A stretch of DNA of 64,000 nt from Candidatus Sericytochromatia bacterium (GTDB lineage Bacteria; Cyanobacteriota; Sericytochromatia; S15B-MN24; UBA4093): assembly GCA_036676985.1 (NCBI GenBank), contig JAKFBU010000027.1, positions 128,001 through 192,000 of the forward strand, read 5' to 3'. A program made the translations under genes and the position numbers. Under the pieces are notes generated by a model. It was not told where the DNA came from. It ran no database searches and saw only the letters and a program-made list of their open reading frames with translations. Positions 59,521 through 64,000 of the stretch are shown one piece after another. Position 1 is the first letter of the stretch; each line of letters begins with the position of its first letter.

Positions 59521-60843
59521 ATGAATCCGTTACCCACCGTCGCCGTCGTGGGTCGTCCCAACGTCGGCAAGTCCACCTTCATCAACCGCATGGTCGGTGC
59601 GCGCGAGGCCATCGTCCACGACATGCCGGGCGTCACCCGCGATCGCCTCTACATGCGCACGGACTGGAACGGCCGCGACTTCGTGGTGGTCGACACGGGC
59701 GGCATCGTCCCCGGCACCGACGAGGAGCTGCTGCAGTCCGTCGAGCAACAGGCCCGGGTCGCCATCGAGGAGGCGGACGTCATCGTCTTCATCGTCGACG
59801 GCGAGGCGGGCGTGACGCCCGTGGACGAGGACGTCGCGAACCTCCTGCGCACCACCAAGAAGCCGCTGATTCTCGCCGTCAACAAGCTCGACAACGTCAC
59901 CGAGGACCCCAAGGCCTCCGAGTTCTGGTCCCTGGGGCTCGGCGAACCGCGTCCCATCTCGTCCATGCACGGCCTGGGCATCGGCGACCTGCTCGACGAG
60001 ATCGTGGGCGGCTTTCCGCCGCCGAGCGAGGAGCCCCCGCCCGAGGAGCTGCGCATCGCCATCGTGGGCAAGCCCAACGCCGGCAAGTCGTCCTTGACCA
60101 ACGCGCTGTTGGGCCATGAGCGCATGATCGTCTCGCCCGTGGCCGGCACGACCCGCGATGCGGTCGACACCCGCCTCGAGGTGAACGGCAAGGTCTACGT
60201 GCTCGTCGACACCGCGGGCATCCGCAAGAAGGCCCGCGTGGACTTCGGCGTCGAGCAGTTCTCGGTGGTCCGGGCCCTCAAGGCCGTCGACCGCGCGGAC
60301 GTGGTGGTGCTCGTCATCGATGGCGTCGAGGGCGTGACCGAGCAGGACCAGCGCATCGCCGCCATCGCCGAGGACTCGGGCAAGGCGCTCGTCGTGGCCG
60401 TCAACAAGTGGGACATCGTCCCCAAGGACACGCACACGATGGCGAGCTATCGCAAGATCCTGGAAGAGGAGCTGCGGCACGTGAAGTGGGCGGAGGTGGT
60501 CTTCATCTCGGCCAAGACCGGCCAGCGCATCGACCAGGTGCTCGAGGCCGCCGAGCGGGCCGCCGAGGAGAACAGCCGCCGCATCACCACGGGCGTCCTC
60601 AACGAGGTCATCTCCGAGGCCACGACCATGAACCCGCCCCCGGCGAGCCACGGCAAGCGCCTGCGTATCTACTACGCCTCGCAGGCGGTCACCAACCCGC
60701 CCACGTTCCTCATGTTCTGCAACGAGCCCAAGCTCGTGTCGGACCACTACAAACGGTACCTCGAGAACAAGATCCGCGAGGCGTTCGGCTTCTCTGGGAC
60801 GCCGCTGCGGCTCGTCTTCCGCCCCCGGCGCGATCGGGGCTAA
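59521..60843 (+). CDS. der: Ribosome biogenesis GTPase Der
   Basis: Two G domains: GRPNVGKS/DTGG/NKLD and GKPNAGKS/DTAG/NKWD. Confidence 0.98.
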   Translation: MNPLPTVAVVGRPNVGKSTFINRMVGAREAIVHDMPGVTRDRLYMRTDWNGRDFVVVDTGGIVPGTDEELLQSVEQQARVAIEEADVIVFIVDGEAGVTPVDEDVANLLRTTKKPLILAVNKLDNVTEDPKASEFWSLGLGEPRPISSMHGLGIGDLLDEIVGGFPPPSEEPPPEELRIAIVGKPNAGKSSLTNALLGHERMIVSPVAGTTRDAVDTRLEVNGKVYVLVDTAGIRKKARVDFGVEQFSVVRALKAVDRADVVVLVIDGVEGVTEQDQRIAAIAEDSGKALVVAVNKWDIVPKDTHTMASYRKILEEELRHVKWAEVVFISAKTGQRIDQVLEAAERAAEENSRRITTGVLNEVISEATTMNPPPASHGKRLRIYYASQAVTNPPTFLMFCNEPKLVSDHYKRYLENKIREAFGFSGTPLRLVFRPRRDRG

Positions 60844-60849
60844 GGTCCG

Positions 60850-61449
60850 ATGCCCTTCTGGATCGTCCTTTCGTTGGTCGGAGCCTACGTGCTGGGCTCG
60901 GTGCCGTTCGCGCTCCTCATCAGCCGGATCTTCTACCGGATCGACATCCGGGAGCACGGATCGGGCAACGTGGGCGCCACCAACGTGGTGCGCGTCCTCG
61001 GCAAGGGGCCCGGCATCGCATGTTTCGTCCTGGACTTCCTCAAGGGCTTCGTGCCGACCTGGCTCGGCGGTCACTTCGGCTTTCCCTGGTGGGCGGTGCT
61101 GCTGCTCGGCGTGGCCGCCATCCTGGGTCATAGCCGCTCGCTGTTCCTGCGCTTCACCGGCGGCAAGTCGGTGGCGACCGGCGCGGGCGTCATCGTCGCG
61201 CTGTCCCCCTGGGTGGGCCTGTGCGCCCTCGCCCTCTGGGCGGTCGTGTTCGGCGTGAGCCGCATCGTGTCCCTGGGGTCGATCGTCGCCGCCGCCGCCC
61301 TGCCCCTGTTGATGTTCCTCTTCCACGAGCCCGTCCCTTACGTGGTCTTCTCGCTCGTGGTCTCCCTCTACGTCATCGTCCGTCACCGCAGCAACATCGA
61401 ACGCCTGCTCAAAGGTCAGGAGCAGCGCATGGGTACCAAGAAGCCATGA
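60850..61449 (+). CDS. plsY: Glycerol-3-phosphate acyltransferase PlsY
   Basis: GSGNVGATN, D.LKG, GH, FTGGKSVAT, RHRSNI.RL. Confidence 0.96.
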   Translation: MPFWIVLSLVGAYVLGSVPFALLISRIFYRIDIREHGSGNVGATNVVRVLGKGPGIACFVLDFLKGFVPTWLGGHFGFPWWAVLLLGVAAILGHSRSLFLRFTGGKSVATGAGVIVALSPWVGLCALALWAVVFGVSRIVSLGSIVAAAALPLLMFLFHEPVPYVVFSLVVSLYVIVRHRSNIERLLKGQEQRMGTKKP

Positions 61450-62294
61450 GCCGTCCCGAAGGGTTCCGGGCCAAGAAGCGCCTGGGTCAGAATTTCCTCG
61501 TCGATCCCCGGATTCCGGTCGCGATCGCCGATGCCGCCGAGCTGCGCTCCGCGGACAAGGTGCTCGAGATCGGCCCCGGTCAGGGGGCGCTCACCCGCGA
61601 GCTGACCAAGGGGGCGGGTGAGGTGGTGGCCGTCGAGATCGATCAGCGCCTGCAGCCGACGCTGGACGCGTTGCAGAAGGAACTGCCCAACCTCCGGGTG
61701 GTCTGGGGGGACTTCATGCAAACGAGCATGGAGGACCTGGGGCTTACCGAGCCGGGCCTCAAGGTCGTCGCCAACATTCCCTACTACATCACGACGCCCA
61801 TTCTCCTGAAGCTGCTGCACGCCGACGAGATCGCGCGCCGGCCCCTGCCGGAAGTCCCGCCCCGGCCCGAGCGCATCATCCTCATGATCCAGCAGGAGGT
61901 CGCCGACCGACTGCTCGCCTCGCCCGGCAACAAGGACTACGGCTCCCTCTCGGTGATCGCGCAGTACGCGGCCGAGGTGAGCCGGGTCGTGCGCGTGCCG
62001 CGTACGGCGTTCGCGCCGCGCCCGCAGGTCGACTCCATGGTCGTCATGCTCAAGCCGCGCGCCGAGGCCCCCGTGGACGTGCCGAACCCGGCCCTGTTCT
62101 TCCGGGTGGTGCGCGGGTCCTTCGGGCAGCGCCGCAAGACGCTCCTCAACGCCCTCAAGGGAGCGGGCTTCCCCGCCGAGACCCTGAAGCCTGCCTTCGA
62201 GCGGATGGGGCTCGACTCGAACCGACGCGGCGAGACCCTCAGCCTGCAGGAGTTCGCGGATCTCGCCAAGGCGATCGACGCGGTCCAGGCTTAG
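61446..62294 (+). CDS. rsmA: 16S rRNA dimethyladenosine transferase
   Basis: KKRLGQNFL, EIGPG.G.LT, ANIPYYIT, F.QRRKTL. Confidence 0.96.
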   Translation: MSRPEGFRAKKRLGQNFLVDPRIPVAIADAAELRSADKVLEIGPGQGALTRELTKGAGEVVAVEIDQRLQPTLDALQKELPNLRVVWGDFMQTSMEDLGLTEPGLKVVANIPYYITTPILLKLLHADEIARRPLPEVPPRPERIILMIQQEVADRLLASPGNKDYGSLSVIAQYAAEVSRVVRVPRTAFAPRPQVDSMVVMLKPRAEAPVDVPNPALFFRVVRGSFGQRRKTLLNALKGAGFPAETLKPAFERMGLDSNRRGETLSLQEFADLAKAIDAVQA

Positions 62295-62341
62295 TCCCTG
62301 AACGAAACCGGCGTGGCCATTCCTGGCCACGCCGGCTTCGT

Positions 62342-63118
62342 TCAGGAATCCCTCGGGGAGTCGGGCAGGGATACCCGCGGCGGCGGCCCATCGAGGGCCT
62401 TGCGCTGCGGCATCTCCGGCAGCGAGAGGCGCGGGGGCGGGCCCGGCAGCTGCGGCCGCGCGGGCGGCTCGTCTCCGGTGGAGGCGGGCAGGGCTTGGCG
62501 CTCGGGCGCCGGGGCCGGCTGCAGGACCGGGATCATCGCCCGGATCTTGTCGCCCACGGCCCCGACCAGCGCCAGGGGCAGCATGGCGATGGCCAGGCCG
62601 AGCACGGTCTGCGAAATCGGAAACGCCACGTGCGCCCACGCCGCGCCCAGGCCGAGCTGACCGGCCCCTGCCACCTGGACGAGCATCCCGATGCCCATCA
62701 CCAGCCCCTGGGCGGCCATCAGGGCCGCGAAGCGGCGGCGCATGCCACCCGGCATCGAGAGCCGTGCCGCCAGCCACGCGGCGAAGGGGAAGGCCAGCAG
62801 GAACGGGAAGCCCGAGGTCCCCATGTAGCCGAATCCGCCCCCGTCCGCGAAGATCGGTAGGCCGCAGAGCCCCATCAGCAGGTAGACGAACTGGCTCATG
62901 AAGGCGCCGACCGGGCCCAGGAAGGTGGCCGCGACGCCGAGGGCCACGAGCTGGCCCGACGTCGTGTAGAGCCCGCCGCTCAGGAAGTGCCATGCGAACC
63001 ACTCATCCGCGTTCGGCAGGTGACTCCCCCCCAGCACGAGGTAGGGCAGGGGCAGCGCGATGAAGGTGCCGAATGCCGTCAGGCTGGCGAACAGGACGGT
63101 CCGAAGCGGCTTGAGCAA
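62342..63118 (-). CDS. bioY: BioY-like biotin transporter with Pro-rich C-terminal tail
   Basis: LGP..A..SQFVYLLMGLCGLPIFADGGG..Y...SG.FLLAF; TTG start inferred. Confidence 0.75.
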   Translation of the reverse strand: MLKPLRTVLFASLTAFGTFIALPLPYLVLGGSHLPNADEWFAWHFLSGGLYTTSGQLVALGVAATFLGPVGAFMSQFVYLLMGLCGLPIFADGGGFGYMGTSGFPFLLAFPFAAWLAARLSMPGGMRRRFAALMAAQGLVMGIGMLVQVAGAGQLGLGAAWAHVAFPISQTVLGLAIAMLPLALVGAVGDKIRAMIPVLQPAPAPERQALPASTGDEPPARPQLPGPPPRLSLPEMPQRKALDGPPPRVSLPDSPRDS

Positions 63119-63196
63119 TCCGGGTACCTCGACGCGGGACGGGGCATAATGGGGCAATGGCGGTATTGTAATCGAGAAAGGGGCGCTTGAAAACCA

Positions 63197-63718
63197 ATGC
63201 CGAGCGGCAAGACCCACGATCGCATCACCTTCCTCGCCGCCCTTCCGGCCGGGCTCGGCTGTCATGCCTACCTCGGCGCCTGGGAGCCGGCGGTGGCCGT
63301 CGCCGGGGGCGTCCTGTTCGGCGGGCTCATGTTCGGCCCCGATCTGGACGTGAAGAGCGTCCAGTATTACCGGTGGGGCCCCTTGCGCTGGATCTGGTGG
63401 CCCTATCAACGCATGTTCCGGCATCGATCGCCCTGGACGCACGGTCTTGCCTGGGGGCTGGTCGTGCGCCTCCTCTATCTGACGCTCGTCACGGGCGCCA
63501 TGGCGGCCATCGCCTTCGCCCTCGTCCACACCTACGTCATGCCGCTGTCCTTTTCCGTCGACGCCCATGCGCTCTTTGTCGCGCCCGATCAGCTGACCGC
63601 CCGACTCCTCATAGCGGGGCTCGTGGGGACCTGGCTGGGCGGTGCGCTGCACACCTGGGCCGACGTCGTCGTGAGCGCCCTCAAGCGGCGGCTCGGGGGC
63701 CGGCGTCGCGGCCGCTGA
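63197..63718 (+). CDS. DUF2227-like putative metal-binding membrane protein
   Basis: MPSGKTHD, PDLD, RWGPL..IW.PY..HRS..TH, H..AD. Confidence 0.85.
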   Translation: MPSGKTHDRITFLAALPAGLGCHAYLGAWEPAVAVAGGVLFGGLMFGPDLDVKSVQYYRWGPLRWIWWPYQRMFRHRSPWTHGLAWGLVVRLLYLTLVTGAMAAIAFALVHTYVMPLSFSVDAHALFVAPDQLTARLLIAGLVGTWLGGALHTWADVVVSALKRRLGGRRRGR

Positions 63719-63745
63719 CGACCCCGGTGCGAACGGCCCGAAAGT

Positions 63746-63774
63746 TTGACAATGCCTAGGTCGGTGCCTATACT
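63746..63774 (+). promoter_or_regulatory. Near-consensus sigma70 promoter
   Basis: TTGACA-17bp-TATACT. Confidence 0.8.
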
Positions 63775-63966
63775 GCTAGAGACTTTTTGCGCCCGTTCCA
63801 GGCGCCATGGTCTCCTCGAGCTTCCGACCCAGTTCGGCATCGGGCTGCTTGCCGCCCTACGCGGCGCTTCCAATCCGTTTCGGTAGGTGCTCGAACCCCG
63901 GTTGTACCCAGCTTCCACTCCCGACCACACCGGCGGATGGGACATCATCTTTAGGAGGCGTACCCT

Positions 63967-64000
63967 TTGAGCCCTAGGAAACTCCTGCTCCTGGTCGTCG
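63967..64000 (+). CDS. Start of a CDS running off the window (hydrophobic N-terminus)
   Basis: AGGAGG at 63953-63958, then TTG: MSPRKLLLLVV. Confidence 0.5.
   Translation, partial: MSPRKLLLLVV

Noticed and set aside
63119-63652. N-terminal extension of the BioY ORF
   Set aside because: Mostly antisense to the DUF2227-like gene; BioY-like sequence begins near 63118.

Overview
High-GC bacterial chromosomal window. Gene content and order (lysA-cdaA-uppS, DUF2227-like gene, ruvX-DUF1292, der-plsY, an unsplit dnaE with the cyanobacterial-type EY|CFN motif) suggest a non-photosynthetic relative of Cyanobacteria such as Sericytochromatia; this is inference. Housekeeping blocks occupy about 1-5 kb and 44-64 kb. 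The most notable feature is an accessory cluster of about 18 kb (16.3-33.9 kb) with no PKS or NRPS. It encodes an UnbU(RnfD-like)-UnbV(ASPIC) fusion, an intact Rieske oxygenase, a split Rieske oxygenase, a fatty-acid desaturase, an MMPL exporter, an ICMT-type methyltransferase, a GH3 acyl-adenylase coupled to an NMT-like tandem GNAT, a second GNAT-like protein and a thioesterase-like hydrolase, and is a candidate unknown acyl-amide or modified-lipid pathway. It lies between two homologous, inverted CGTC-type REP doublets. Other oddities are a secreted LIM-finger/DA1-type metallopeptidase, a KaiC-like ATPase + wHTH + orphan kinase module, a membrane-anchored multi-MshEN/TPR protein, a beta-barrel-SppA fusion and a lipoprotein 2H-phosphoesterase. 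No rRNA, tRNA, CRISPR array or transposase was recognised. All family calls come from reading motifs by eye, not from database searches.
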